Of a stretch of DNA of 64,000 bases, positions 1-9,626 are shown piece by piece (the first letter of the stretch is position 1; the number at the start of each line of letters is the position of its first letter). The notes beneath the pieces were generated by a model. The model did no database searches. It saw nothing but the letters and a program-made list of their open reading frames with translations, and was not told where the DNA came from. Position numbers and translations under genes: made by a program. The stretch is from Gammaproteobacteria bacterium SG8_30 (lineage in GTDB: Bacteria > Pseudomonadota > Gammaproteobacteria > Steroidobacterales > Steroidobacteraceae): NCBI GenBank assembly GCA_001303245.1, contig LJNS01000001.1, positions 40,822-104,821 of the forward strand. The letters are read 5' to 3'.

Positions 1-838
1 GGATCGAGACGCGCTGGGCGTAGTACATGGCCCGCTCTGCCAGGACACGGGTCTGCTCGAACTCGCGCACCGCCGGATCCACACCCTCCAACGGGTCGAG
101 CCCGAAGATTCCGAGCAGCCCCGGTGAGACTCCGGCCTCCTTCTGGCCGAGACCGAGCCCTGCCACGTCCGTGAATCGCACAAACGCCGCGGACTCCATG
201 CCAGGATTCTCGTCGTACCAGGACTGCAGGATCCGGTCGAACTCGGCCTTCCTCTCGTCTGTGGCATCGGGCAGATCATCGACCAGATGCCACGCCTGGT
301 CCTCCAGGGACCTGAAGGTTCGCAACAGTTCCGTCGCTGCCTGGCCATAGGTCGGGACCCAGTTGAACTCGATGATGCGGCGCGTAAGCGAGACCAGAAC
401 GATCATGTCCACGGCATTCGCGATGGGATTGCTGCCGGCCGCTATCTGGAAGGCTGCGGTAGCCTGTCTGAACCGCCAATTTGCTAGGTCTGCGACGAGC
501 CTGTCGACATCGAAGTCCTGATCCTGCATCTGCTCGGCGTACTTCCTCGCCAGCTGCGTCGTGCGCCGCTCCATCCTCTCGACGTACTGGTCGGCGAAGC
601 GCATGACCTTGAGCTGCAGCGTCTGGCTCTGTTCCTTGGCCGCCTCGGCGCGCGCCCGCTTGCGAGCGGCCTCCCCGGTCAGCCGCTCGATGATGCCGCA
701 GCCGATGAGGTTCACGGAGAGGATGCCCACGATCACGGCGCGGGCCACGAGAGCGATGCGCGTCGGCTCCCGCACGGCGCTCCGTGCACCAGGTGGCGCT
801 GCGGCGCCACGACGGCATTCCCCTGTCAGGTGGCTCAT
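1..838 (-). CDS. hypothetical lipoprotein; N-terminus in window, C-terminus runs off the window start
   Basis: My own minus-strand translation from the ATG (complement of 836-838) gives MSHLTGECRR..RIALVARAVIVGILSVNLIGCGIIERL... It stays open to position 1, so it has no stop in the window and is absent from the ORF track. A hydrophobic stretch is followed by a lipobox-like LIGC. No family recognised. Confidence 0.55.
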   Translation of the reverse strand, partial: MSHLTGECRRGAAAPPGARSAVREPTRIALVARAVIVGILSVNLIGCGIIERLTGEAARKRARAEAAKEQSQTLQLKVMRFADQYVERMERRTTQLARKYAEQMQDQDFDVDRLVADLANWRFRQATAAFQIAAGSNPIANAVDMIVLVSLTRRIIEFNWVPTYGQAATELLRTFRSLEDQAWHLVDDLPDATDERKAEFDRILQSWYDENPGMESAAFVRFTDVAGLGLGQKEAGVSPGLLGIFGLDPLEGVDPAVREFEQTRVLAERAMYYAQRVSI

Positions 839-919
839 GGCCGATCCCGGTTGTCGTTTTCCCGGATCGTAGCGCGATCGGGGCCTGTGTGCAGTCCGCA
901 CAGACCCGGAGGCTGCCTT

Positions 920-1675
920 CTAGAAGTTGATGATGGCCCCGCCGTCGACGTGCAGGCCGTGGCCCGAGACGAACTTCGCCTCGTCCGAGGCCAGGAACAG
1001 GGCGGCCGCCGCGACGTCCTCCGGGTCCCCGATCCGGCCCATCGGCGCCTTGTTTTCCCAGTACTTGCGGAAGTTCTCGTCCGCCATGAACGGCCGCGAC
1101 ATGCCGGTCCAGATCGAGCCCGGCTGCAGGTAGTTGACCGTGATGCCGTACTTGCCGAGATCCACGGCCATGCCCTTGGACAACCCGGCGACGGCGTGCT
1201 TCGAGGCCCCGTAGATCGAGAGCGTGGGCCCGCCCATCTCGGACATGATGGACCCGAGGTTGACGATGCGACCGCCGCCGCGCTTGCGGATCTCGGGCAC
1301 GGCCGCGCGGGCGATGCGGAAGTAGGAGCGCACGTTGACCGCCATGATGCGGTCGAACTGCTCGTCGGTCAGCTCCTCGAACTGGCATGCGATCGCGATA
1401 CCGGCATTGTTTACCAGGATGTCGAGGCCGCCGAAGGCCTCGACGGCCGCTCCCACGAGTCGCCCGGGCGCATCGTCGTCGGTCGTATCGAGCGCCACGC
1501 AACGGGCCGCGCCGGTGCCGCCGAAGATCTCCACGAGCTTCGAGCCCGGCAGGTCCGCCAGGACGCAGCAGGCGCCCTCCGCAAGGTAGAGCTTCGCAAT
1601 GGCCTCGCCAATGCCGCTCGCGGCGCCCGTGACGATCGCGACCTTGCCCGCCAGCTTGCCCATCGGTCCGTTCAT
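920..1675 (-). CDS. SDR family NAD(P)-dependent oxidoreductase
   Basis: ORF 920..1732 trimmed to MNGPMGKLAGKVAIVTGAASGIGEAIA (TGxxxGIG Rossmann motif). Also has NNAG (LVNNAGI) and YxxxK (YGASKHAV). Confidence 0.85.
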   Translation of the reverse strand: MNGPMGKLAGKVAIVTGAASGIGEAIAKLYLAEGACCVLADLPGSKLVEIFGGTGAARCVALDTTDDDAPGRLVGAAVEAFGGLDILVNNAGIAIACQFEELTDEQFDRIMAVNVRSYFRIARAAVPEIRKRGGGRIVNLGSIMSEMGGPTLSIYGASKHAVAGLSKGMAVDLGKYGITVNYLQPGSIWTGMSRPFMADENFRKYWENKAPMGRIGDPEDVAAAALFLASDEAKFVSGHGLHVDGGAIINF

Positions 1676-1751
1676 CTTCCCGTCTCCCCAAAAGGCGAGG
1701 GCCGGCTTGCGCCGGCCCCGCCCTGTCGTCATGTGCTCGTCACGTGCCCCG

Positions 1752-4268
1752 TCAGCGGGCGCCGCCGAAGTTCATGCCGACCTCGAGGCCGAAGCTGCGC
1801 GGCGCACCGAACTGCGTGTGCGTCCACAGGTTCGCCACCGACTGCGAGGCGATGCGGTAGCGCTCATCCGCGAGGTTCTTGCCGTAGGCCCGCACGAAGT
1901 ACCGGTCGTTGCCGTCGGTGTAGGTGATCGAGGCGTTGACCAGCGTCTTCGCGTCCAGGTAAGCGTCGAATTCCCTGCCCGGTGCCGCGATATAGAAGAG
2001 GTTGGCGTCCTCGTAGTACACGTCGGCCGCGAAGTCGAGGTACCCGCCTGCGAACTCCATCGTGTAGATACCGGCGAGCGAGCCGCTGAACTCGGGCGAG
2101 CGCGGCACGGGCAGCCCCGAGAAGTCCCCGAAGAAGGGCAGGATCGTGCCCCCGCTGACCGGGTCGGTCAGGCCGGGCTGGTCGATGATGAAGGTCTTGT
2201 ACTTGGCATCCAGGTAGGCGGCCTGTGCGCGGATCCGGAAGGCATCCGTGACGAGCATCTGGAACTCGAGCTCGATGCCCTTCGACTCCACCTCCGCCGC
2301 GTTGTAGAACACGGTCTCCTGGAACGTCGCCCCGTCCTTCTCCGTGAGGATGTTCACCGCCCGCTGGGCATCCTCGTACTTGGTGAAGAACACCGTCGGG
2401 TTGAAGCGGATGCGATTGTCCGGCGAGGTGTACTTGAAGCCTAGCTCGTAATTGGTGGCGAATTCGGGGTCCACCGGGCGCGTGAGCTCGGACACCATCA
2501 GGCCGCTGGTGCCGGTCTGGTCGTTGTAGCCGCCGGCCTTGTAGCCACGCGACACCGTCAGGTAGGAGAACCACGCGTCAGTCAACATGTACGATCCGGT
2601 GAAGCGCCAGCTGGGCTCGGACCACTTCTTCTTCAGATTCTCGAAGCCCGGGGTGGAAGAGTCGACGATGACCCCGCCCGGGTACTTGTCGAAGTCGGCT
2701 GCATCCAGCGGCTTGTTGAGATCGTCGGCCGTGAGGTCCGGGTTGTTCGGGTCGAGCTGGCTGAAGAACACCTGCGTGCGACCCTTCCAGGAGCGCTCGT
2801 CCTCCGTGTAGCGGAAACCGGCGCCGAGCTGCAGCCTGTCCGTCACGTCCCAGGTGACGTCCGCGTAACCCGCAAGCGAGTCGGAATCCTGCCGGTTGCA
2901 CAGGATCTGCGGGTTGGCGTTGAAGAACTGCGCCCCGCCGAAGTCGACGACCAGATCGACGAAACCAAGCACCTGCACGACGCAGAACTCCGCGTCGTTG
3001 GTCTGCTGGAAGGCGCCGACCACGTAGTTGATCGGACCATCGAGATTCGAGGCCAGGCGCACCTCGAACTGGGTCGTCTCGCGACTCGTGTCGCGGGTCG
3101 CATCGAACAGCGACAGCGGCTCGCCCGTGACCTCGTTGATCGGCGCGGCACCCGTGTAGGTGTTCGGCAGATGCTCTTCCTGGTCGCGCTTGCCGGCGAC
3201 CGCGAAGAGCGTGTGGCTGCCGAAATCCCAGTCGAGGTTCAGGTAGATGCCGTCGACGTCGATCACCTGGCCCTTGCCCATCTCGAGCAGCGAGTCGTTG
3301 CGGTTGGTCGAGGCCATGTTCTTGAGCGGGTCGCCCGTCGGCCGGGTGAAACCGAGGAAGTTCCACACATAGGGACCTTCGGGTGGGGTGTCGTTGAAGG
3401 ACGGGACGGCGTCCGAACGGTCGCGCAGCCACTCGTACTGCAGGAGTACCGTGGCGTCGTCCGTGGGGTTCCACTGCAGCTTGACACGGCCGTTGTTGCT
3501 GTCGATGCCGCCTGCGTCCTCGCCCGTGCCCTGGCCGGAGATGCCGGTGATGCCAGGGATCTCGCTCGCGATCAGCGGAGTGATGGGCCCGTAGGTCGCA
3601 CCCAGCTTGTAATAGCCGTCCGACTTCGCGTAGGACCCCGCGAACCTGAGCGACAGCGTGTCCTTGACGATCGGCAGGTCGATCGCGGCCTGCGCGCGTC
3701 GCTCGTTGAAGCTGCCGTAGCTGAGCCGTACGTCGGCGCCGAACTCGGACATGTCCGGGCGCTTGGTCTGGATGTTCATCGCGCCGCCGGTCGTGTTCTT
3801 GCCGAACAGCGTGCCCTGCGGACCGCGCAGCACCTCGACCTTCGCGATGTCGAAGGTGTCGAGCAGCTGCGTCTGCACGCTCGGCATGACAAAGTCGTCG
3901 ACCTGGACGCCGACTGGCGTGTCCTGGTAGACGATGATGTCCGTGAGGCCCACGCCGCGCATGGCGAAGGAGGCGGCATTGAAGGCCGTGATGCGCGATG
4001 CGGAGAGCCCCGGTACCGTGGAGGAGATGTCGGAGAGCTCGCGTGCGACGAGGCGCGTCAGGTCATTGCTGGACACCGCCGACACCGACACCGGTGTGGT
4101 CTGGATGTCGGTCTCAGCCGCGGCGCGTGTCGCGGTCACCATCACCTCCTCGAGCCGGACCGTGCCTTCGGCCGCCTGCGCAGCCTGAGGCAGCGCGACT
4201 GTTGCGGCGCCCGAAGCCAGGGCAACGCGAAGGGCCGTGGACACCGCTCGTCTCAATTCGCTCGACAT
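1752..4268 (-). CDS. TonB-dependent outer-membrane receptor
   Basis: 838-aa ORF. Signal peptide ends ..PQAAQAAEG. Plug-domain motifs present (EEVMVTATR, MRGVGLTD, VEVLRGPQGTLFGKNTTGG). Long beta-barrel ends in an aromatic-rich tail (..FGLEVGMNF). Confidence 0.9.
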   Translation of the reverse strand: MSSELRRAVSTALRVALASGAATVALPQAAQAAEGTVRLEEVMVTATRAAAETDIQTTPVSVSAVSSNDLTRLVARELSDISSTVPGLSASRITAFNAASFAMRGVGLTDIIVYQDTPVGVQVDDFVMPSVQTQLLDTFDIAKVEVLRGPQGTLFGKNTTGGAMNIQTKRPDMSEFGADVRLSYGSFNERRAQAAIDLPIVKDTLSLRFAGSYAKSDGYYKLGATYGPITPLIASEIPGITGISGQGTGEDAGGIDSNNGRVKLQWNPTDDATVLLQYEWLRDRSDAVPSFNDTPPEGPYVWNFLGFTRPTGDPLKNMASTNRNDSLLEMGKGQVIDVDGIYLNLDWDFGSHTLFAVAGKRDQEEHLPNTYTGAAPINEVTGEPLSLFDATRDTSRETTQFEVRLASNLDGPINYVVGAFQQTNDAEFCVVQVLGFVDLVVDFGGAQFFNANPQILCNRQDSDSLAGYADVTWDVTDRLQLGAGFRYTEDERSWKGRTQVFFSQLDPNNPDLTADDLNKPLDAADFDKYPGGVIVDSSTPGFENLKKKWSEPSWRFTGSYMLTDAWFSYLTVSRGYKAGGYNDQTGTSGLMVSELTRPVDPEFATNYELGFKYTSPDNRIRFNPTVFFTKYEDAQRAVNILTEKDGATFQETVFYNAAEVESKGIELEFQMLVTDAFRIRAQAAYLDAKYKTFIIDQPGLTDPVSGGTILPFFGDFSGLPVPRSPEFSGSLAGIYTMEFAGGYLDFAADVYYEDANLFYIAAPGREFDAYLDAKTLVNASITYTDGNDRYFVRAYGKNLADERYRIASQSVANLWTHTQFGAPRSFGLEVGMNFGGAR

Positions 4269-4400
4269 GGGCTGCTCCCCCTTGAGTCATGTGCCGGTTG
4301 CGCTGCGTAGACCGCCATGCCGGTAGAGCCCCTCGTTACGAGGCATCTTTCCGTCGCGGCCGCGCAAGTTCGGTGCGAGTGTATGTCGTGCCCGGAAAAA

Positions 4401-4463
4401 AAATCAATCTGTCCTGTTTTTTCTTATTGCAACGCAGCAAAGCTCTCTGCAACAGATTGATTT
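4401..4463. promoter_or_regulatory. perfect 12-bp inverted repeat AAATCAATCTGT (4401-4412) / ACAGATTGATTT (4452-4463) with a 39-bp spacer, in the divergent intergenic region
   Basis: Read directly from the sequence. Flanked by A/T runs in an otherwise GC-rich genome. Lies between the divergent TonB receptor and Rieske oxygenase genes. Confidence 0.35.
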
Positions 4464-4613
4464 CCAAACCTCATGATTGCCGCAGAACCGTCTCCCCGAC
4501 AGTGCTGTTGCGTTTGTTCCACAGCCCGAGGCTTGCCGGGGACGGACCCGCCCCACTGCCCGCACCGGCAGGACGCGGCCACCGCGCACCGTCGCGCTTC
4601 TGGTCCATAAATA

Positions 4614-4629
4614 AACAGTACTGACTGTT
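4614..4629. promoter_or_regulatory. palindrome AACAGT-ACTG-ACTGTT, candidate operator upstream of the Rieske oxygenase gene
   Basis: 6-4-6 inverted repeat read directly. It overlaps the -35 position relative to a TATATT -10-like hexamer at 4648-4653, about 60 bp upstream of the ATG at 4712. Confidence 0.35.
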
Positions 4630-4711
4630 TCTTTGGAATTGATGCGTTATATTCGATCCGTCTCCCGGTTGCCCTGCGACAGCCGCCTGAACGCGAGAGA
4701 GGAAACCAGCC

Positions 4712-6061
4712 ATGACGTTCGATTTCCGGGTCAACCCGAATGCGCCGGCCGACTCGCTGGAAGCCAAGCAGCCGCACGTCGACAACGGGCTCATCGTGCC
4801 CGACCCGTCGCGCTACTTCTCGCCCGAGTTCATGCGCAAGGAGTGGGAGCGGCTGTGGCCCCGTGTCTGGCTGCTGGCCGGCATCACCTCGGACATTCCC
4901 GAGGAAGGCGACTACACCACTTTCGACCTCGGCCACGAGTCGTTCATCATCGTTCGCCAGGAAGACGGCAGCATCAAGGCCTTCTACAACGTCTGCCCGC
5001 ATCGCGCGAACCGCGTCGCGCTCAATGAGCGCGGCAGCGTCGCGCAGTTCACCTGCGCCTTCCACGGCTGGCAGTTCTACTGCAACGGCAAGCTCAAGGC
5101 GATCACCGACGAGGACACCTTCGCGCCGGAACTGGTCGCGCACCGCCCCGGCCTCGCAGAGGTGCGCTGCGACTCCGTCGGCGGGCTCATCTTCATCAAC
5201 ATGGACGGCAAGGCGCCGCCACTCGAGGACTGGATCGGTCTGCCCGAGGGTTACATCGAGAACTACGAGATCGACAAGATGCACTGCGTGCGACACGTGC
5301 GCAGCACCTGGAACTCCAACTGGAAGGTGGGCGTCGACTCCTTCTACGAGACCTACCACCTGCCGCACATCCATCCCCAGACCCAGGGCGTCATGGAGGA
5401 CTTCTCGCAGTACGACCTGTACCCGAACGGCTTCAGCCGCATGATCGTGCCGCTGTGCGTGAAGTCGCACCGCATCCCGGACCAGGAAACTGTAGATGCG
5501 GGCCTGCGCTTCATGATGCAGGACGCAGGCATGGACCCGGACAAGTTCGAAGGCAACGCCCGCGAGGTGCGCAAAGCGGTGCAGAAGGCCAAGCGCGCGC
5601 GCGCGCGGCGTCTCGGTCTGGCCCACTACGAAAAGCTCACCGACGGCCAGCTCACCGACAGCTGGGCCACCGGGCTCTTCCCGAACGTCCAGATCGGCAT
5701 GCACCCGGAAGGCGTTTTCATCATGCGCTTCCTGCCGCACCCGGACGATCCGAAGAAGTTCTACTACGACAACATGACCCTGTTCCGGTACGTCGACGAT
5801 CCGGACTACTTTGTCCCGGCCTGGATGGGTCTGCCCCACGGCACCGAAGTGACCGGCAAGGTCCGCCCCAACATCGAGCACGTGCCCGAAGGGCAGAAGC
5901 CCGACCTCGGCGAGGTGCTCGACCAGGATGTGGAACTGGTCGCGGCCGTCGGCGCCGGCAGCCGCTCGCGCGGCTTCAACGGGCCGCTCTGGGGCGAGCA
6001 GGAGGTGCGCATCCGGCACTTCCACCGCGAGCTCGACCGCTATATCAATGGCGAGAAGTGA
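4712..6061 (+). CDS. Rieske [2Fe-2S] ring-hydroxylating oxygenase, alpha subunit (no beta subunit adjacent)
   Basis: Rieske motif CPHRANR..(x17)..CAFHGWQF. Catalytic-domain His pair in FYETYHLPHIH. RBS GAGAGAGGAAA lies upstream of the ATG. Confidence 0.85.
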   Translation: MTFDFRVNPNAPADSLEAKQPHVDNGLIVPDPSRYFSPEFMRKEWERLWPRVWLLAGITSDIPEEGDYTTFDLGHESFIIVRQEDGSIKAFYNVCPHRANRVALNERGSVAQFTCAFHGWQFYCNGKLKAITDEDTFAPELVAHRPGLAEVRCDSVGGLIFINMDGKAPPLEDWIGLPEGYIENYEIDKMHCVRHVRSTWNSNWKVGVDSFYETYHLPHIHPQTQGVMEDFSQYDLYPNGFSRMIVPLCVKSHRIPDQETVDAGLRFMMQDAGMDPDKFEGNAREVRKAVQKAKRARARRLGLAHYEKLTDGQLTDSWATGLFPNVQIGMHPEGVFIMRFLPHPDDPKKFYYDNMTLFRYVDDPDYFVPAWMGLPHGTEVTGKVRPNIEHVPEGQKPDLGEVLDQDVELVAAVGAGSRSRGFNGPLWGEQEVRIRHFHRELDRYINGEK

Positions 6062-6127
6062 CCACCGCCCCTTCGACCGATTGATTCTCCCCGCCCGCGC
6101 CGTCTAACGGCTGCCTGCGCTGCCTCG

Positions 6128-6149
6128 CCGACCGGTCGAGACCGGTCGG
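6128..6149 (+). terminator. GC-rich hairpin (8-bp stem CCGACCGG/CCGGTCGG, 6-nt loop) downstream of the oxygenase gene; possible terminator
   Basis: Stem verified by base-pairing by eye. No U-tract follows, so intrinsic-terminator function is uncertain. Confidence 0.25.
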
Positions 6150-6185
6150 AGTGCGCTCGGGCGCTTCAGCCGCGGGAGGGCGAGT

Positions 6186-8144
6186 TTGATTCCATCGACA
6201 CCGACCGGTCCGACGTCGACCTTGGCGGCGGGCGACGCCTGGCGAGACGGGCTGCTCCGTTTCAGGCCCGTTGCCGTCCTCGCCCTGTGCTACCTGGCGT
6301 TCGGGGGAGCGCTGCGGCTCGTCCTCTGGGCCAGCTTCGGCAGACAGCAGGGCGTCCCGCTCGAGCACCTGCCGATCCTGCTCCTCGGCGGGACCCTCAA
6401 CGACCTCGTCGAGTCCCTGTACCTGCTCGCACCGCTGTCCACCTACCTGCTGCTGATGCGGGACCGGTGGCACCGGACACGGTGGAACCGGCTTCTCATC
6501 GCGACCGGGACCTTCCTGACCCTGTTCGGGCTCGTCTACCTGTCCGCCGCGGAGTTCTTCTTCTTCGAGGAGTTCGACGCGAGATTCAACGTCGTCGCCG
6601 TGGACTACCTCATGTTCCCCGCCGAAGTCCTCGGGGACCTCCGGGCCGAGTATCCGGTCCTGCCCGTCGCCATCGTTGCGGCCCTCGCGGCGGGACTGCT
6701 GACCCCGCTCGCGATGCGGCTGATGCGGCCCGGCTTCGCGGCGCCGGTGCGCCTTCGCCAGCGGACGCCTGTGTTCGCCGCCTACCTCGCCTCGCTCCTC
6801 GCCGCCGTCGCCTGGTATCCGACGACCGCGCTCTCGTGGACTGCAAACCGGGTCGAGAACGAGCTGGTCCAGAACGGGGCCAGCAGCTTCTTCCGGGCTC
6901 TCGCCAAGAGCGAGATCGCGTACGACGCCTACTATCCCACCGCGGCACCGGCGGACAACCTGGCTCTTCTGGCCGCGCAACTGGATTCGGGCCGCTCCGA
7001 GTTCGTCGACCTGGATGCTGGGCGGATCGACCGCGTGCATCCCGGCCGGACCGACGGGCTCGGCCGGCTGAACGTCGTGGTCGTCGCGAGCGAATCCTTC
7101 GGCGCCGAGTTCAGTCGCCTGTACGGATCGGAACTCGACCTCACGCCCAACTTCGACCGCCTCGCACAGCAGGGCATCTGGTTCCGGCACGCCTACGCCA
7201 CCGGGACCCGCACGGTTCGAGGTCTCGAGGCGATCAGCGCCTCGTTTCCCCCGATCCCGACCGTCTCGATCCTGCGTCGACCGGGCAGCGAGCACATCTC
7301 GACCTGGGGCTCGGTGATGCGCGAGCTGGGCTACAGCACAAGCTTCCTGTACGGCGGCTACGGCTACTTCGACAACATGAACCACTATTTCGGCGAGAAC
7401 GGCTTCGAGGTGCTCGACCGGCGCGACATTTCGCAACCCGTTCGCTTCGAGAACATCTGGGGAGTGGCCGACGAGGACCTGTTCGACACGGCGCTCGGAC
7501 ACCTCGACGGCAAGGCCGCCACCGGGCAGCCGTTCTTCGCACTGATCATGACCACGTCGAATCACAAGCCGTTCACGTTTCGCGAGGGCGTGCCGGGCGT
7601 TCCGCCCCAGGGCGGCGGCAGGAAGGCCGGCGTCCGGTACGCCGACTACGCGCTCGGCTACTTCATCGACGAGGCGCGCAGGCACGACTGGTTCGACGAC
7701 ACCGTCTTCGTCGTCCTGGCCGATCACGGCGCACGCGTCTACGGCAAGGCGGACATGCCGCTGCGCTCCTACGAGATCCCCTGGATGATCTACTCGCCCC
7801 GGCACGTCGGCCCACGCCGTGTCGACGAACTGGTCAGCCAGATCGACGTCGCGCCGACGGTGATGGGACTGCTGGGTCTTCCGTATCGCGCGCCCTTCTT
7901 CGGCGAGGACGCGCTGGCCGGCCGCGAGGAAGGACGGGTCGCCCTGTTCAGCTACAACCACGACGTCGCCATCTACCGGGACGGTAAGCTGGTGCGCTTC
8001 GGCCTGCAGGAGGAACCGGCCACGCTGGCCTACGACAGGCAGAGCGACAGCTACGCTCCGCGACCGGCCGATGCCGAGCTCGAGCGCCTCGGGATCGCCT
8101 ATTTCCAGACTGCCTACGAGCTGTTCGCACGCCACTCGTATTGA
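6186..8144 (+). CDS. LTA synthase / sulfatase-family membrane phosphotransferase (OpgB/LtaS-like)
   Basis: N-terminal multi-TM region followed by an alkaline-phosphatase/sulfatase domain (NVVVVASESFGAEF, TTSNHKPF, VVLADHG). TTG start as given in the track. Confidence 0.8.
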   Translation: MIPSTPTGPTSTLAAGDAWRDGLLRFRPVAVLALCYLAFGGALRLVLWASFGRQQGVPLEHLPILLLGGTLNDLVESLYLLAPLSTYLLLMRDRWHRTRWNRLLIATGTFLTLFGLVYLSAAEFFFFEEFDARFNVVAVDYLMFPAEVLGDLRAEYPVLPVAIVAALAAGLLTPLAMRLMRPGFAAPVRLRQRTPVFAAYLASLLAAVAWYPTTALSWTANRVENELVQNGASSFFRALAKSEIAYDAYYPTAAPADNLALLAAQLDSGRSEFVDLDAGRIDRVHPGRTDGLGRLNVVVVASESFGAEFSRLYGSELDLTPNFDRLAQQGIWFRHAYATGTRTVRGLEAISASFPPIPTVSILRRPGSEHISTWGSVMRELGYSTSFLYGGYGYFDNMNHYFGENGFEVLDRRDISQPVRFENIWGVADEDLFDTALGHLDGKAATGQPFFALIMTTSNHKPFTFREGVPGVPPQGGGRKAGVRYADYALGYFIDEARRHDWFDDTVFVVLADHGARVYGKADMPLRSYEIPWMIYSPRHVGPRRVDELVSQIDVAPTVMGLLGLPYRAPFFGEDALAGREEGRVALFSYNHDVAIYRDGKLVRFGLQEEPATLAYDRQSDSYAPRPADAELERLGIAYFQTAYELFARHSY

Positions 8145-8162
8145 TGCAGGCGCCCGCAGGAG

Positions 8163-9623
8163 TCAGACCGGCAGCCTGCCGGCCCGCCCGCGGCGCAAGT
8201 GCAGGCGGCGGTTGACCTCGTGCGGAAGGTCCCCGCGATGATGGACCACGATGACGAGGCGCGTGCCGGCCTTTGCCAGACGTGACAGTGCGGCGCGCAG
8301 CCGCCGCCGGCGTCCGGGATCGAGGCCGGTGAACGGCTCGTCGAGCAGGAGCAACTCCGGCTTCTTGACGAACGCCCGCGCGAGCAGTGCGAGGCGCAGC
8401 TCGCCGTAGGACACCTCCCGGGGACGACGATCCGCGAGCGGTCCGAGGTCCACGAGCGCGAGTGCCTCGGCCGCGAGGCGCCGCTCCCGCCGCGTCGGCG
8501 GACTGTCGAGACCGACGCTGTCGCGCAGGCCGCTGACGACGATCTCCTCGAGCGTCGCGCCCGCCTCGTAGGCGGCCTGCAGCTCGGGGGAGACGATGCC
8601 GATGGCGGCGCGGATCTCCTGGAGCGACGTGCCGGGAGGGTGCCCGCGCCGGAACACGCGGCTGCCGAGCGCGGGCGGCCAGCTGCCGTAGAGCAACCCG
8701 AGCAGCGTGCTCTTGCCGCTGCCGTTGCGCCCCGTGATCGCCCAGTGCTCACCGTCCTCGAGCACCCAGTCGAGACCGCGCAGCGCGGGCGTCTCCTCGC
8801 GGTACACCCAGACGTCCCTGAGCTCGATGAACGGCTGGATGCCCCGGCGTCGCCGGCAGGCGGCCTGTCGGTCCGGGACCGCGGAGGCCGGCGCGGCGGC
8901 ACGCCTGAGCCGGCGCAGCGCGGTGCGCCAGGGCAGCACGCGCACGCGTCCCTGCTCCACGACCGCCGCCCTCTCGACGCCGGGTGGCACGTCCTCGGGC
9001 CGGTGTGCACTGGCGAGGACGGTCACGCGGGTCCGGGAGAGGCCGGCGAGCGCCCGCGTCAGCCGGCGACGGTGCCCGTCGTCGAGGCCGTTGTACACCT
9101 CGTCGAGGAGCAGCAGGCCGGGTCGCGCGGCCAGCGCCCGGGCGACCAGCGCGAGCCGGCGCTGCCCGTAGGAGGCCTCCAGCATCCGCCGGCCGCGGAC
9201 TTCGGTGAGCGCGAATCGCTCGAGGAGCGTTCGCACCTGCCTGCGCTGCACCAGATCCGGCTCGTCGAGCGGGATGTCGGTGCCGAACAGGCCGGTCGCC
9301 ACGACCTGCTCGAGCGTGTGGTTCCAGCCGTACCGTGCGTACTTGTCCTGGGACTCGGCACCGACGTAGACCACCCGCTCGCGGGCGTCGACGAGTTCCA
9401 CCACGCGCCCGCGGTGATCGGCATAGGTGCGCCGCTCGCGGCCGGTGGGCGTCGGCCAGCGCAGGCCTGCCAGAAGCTTGATGAGCTGGGTCTTGCCGGC
9501 CCCGTTCGGGCCGACGAGCAGCCACTTCTCGCCGGGCCGAAGGGCGAGCGACACCTCGTCCAGCACGACCTTGCGGCCCAGTCGAACCGTGCAGTGCGAC
9601 AGCGCGACCCCGAGTCCAGGCAC
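8163..9623 (-). CDS. tandem-ABC ATPase without permease, ModF-like
   Basis: Two Walker A motifs (GPNGAGKT, GRNGSGKS), two signature/Walker B regions (LLLLDEVYNGLD, LLLLDEPFTGLD). About 486 aa, the same architecture as E. coli ModF. Confidence 0.8.
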   Translation of the reverse strand: MPGLGVALSHCTVRLGRKVVLDEVSLALRPGEKWLLVGPNGAGKTQLIKLLAGLRWPTPTGRERRTYADHRGRVVELVDARERVVYVGAESQDKYARYGWNHTLEQVVATGLFGTDIPLDEPDLVQRRQVRTLLERFALTEVRGRRMLEASYGQRRLALVARALAARPGLLLLDEVYNGLDDGHRRRLTRALAGLSRTRVTVLASAHRPEDVPPGVERAAVVEQGRVRVLPWRTALRRLRRAAAPASAVPDRQAACRRRRGIQPFIELRDVWVYREETPALRGLDWVLEDGEHWAITGRNGSGKSTLLGLLYGSWPPALGSRVFRRGHPPGTSLQEIRAAIGIVSPELQAAYEAGATLEEIVVSGLRDSVGLDSPPTRRERRLAAEALALVDLGPLADRRPREVSYGELRLALLARAFVKKPELLLLDEPFTGLDPGRRRRLRAALSRLAKAGTRLVIVVHHRGDLPHEVNRRLHLRRGRAGRLPV

Positions 9624-9626
9624 CGA

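Noticed and set aside
4269-4400. Cobalamin or other riboswitch in the TonB-dependent receptor leader, and likewise upstream of nrdJ (33267-33374).
   Set aside because: I recognised no B12-box-like element, and only a short 5-bp hairpin (CCTCG-TAA-CGAGG) is present. This cannot be excluded without an Rfam scan.
4289-4624. 111-aa plus-strand ORF inside the TonB receptor / Rieske oxygenase intergenic region.
   Set aside because: It spans the AT-rich repeat region, has no GC3 bias in its middle part, has no RBS, and shows no recognisable motif. It is more likely regulatory DNA.
4614-4629. Possible LexA/SOS box, because of ACAG/CTGT elements.
   Set aside because: The orientation is ACAGT..ACTGT with a 4-nt centre, not CTGT-N8-ACAG. 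No SOS genes are adjacent.
6045-8135. 696-aa minus-strand ORF antisense to the LTA-synthase-like gene. Similar long antisense or out-of-frame ORFs occur at 8640..10829, 15521..18169, 27492..29729, 28052..30367, 33339..35642, 31611..33722 and 47206..48678.
   Set aside because: Their composition is dominated by Arg/Ala/Gly/Pro/Asp with no recognisable motifs. Each lies opposite or out of frame to an ORF with clear family signatures and the expected GC3 bias. These are typical shadow ORFs of a high-GC genome.
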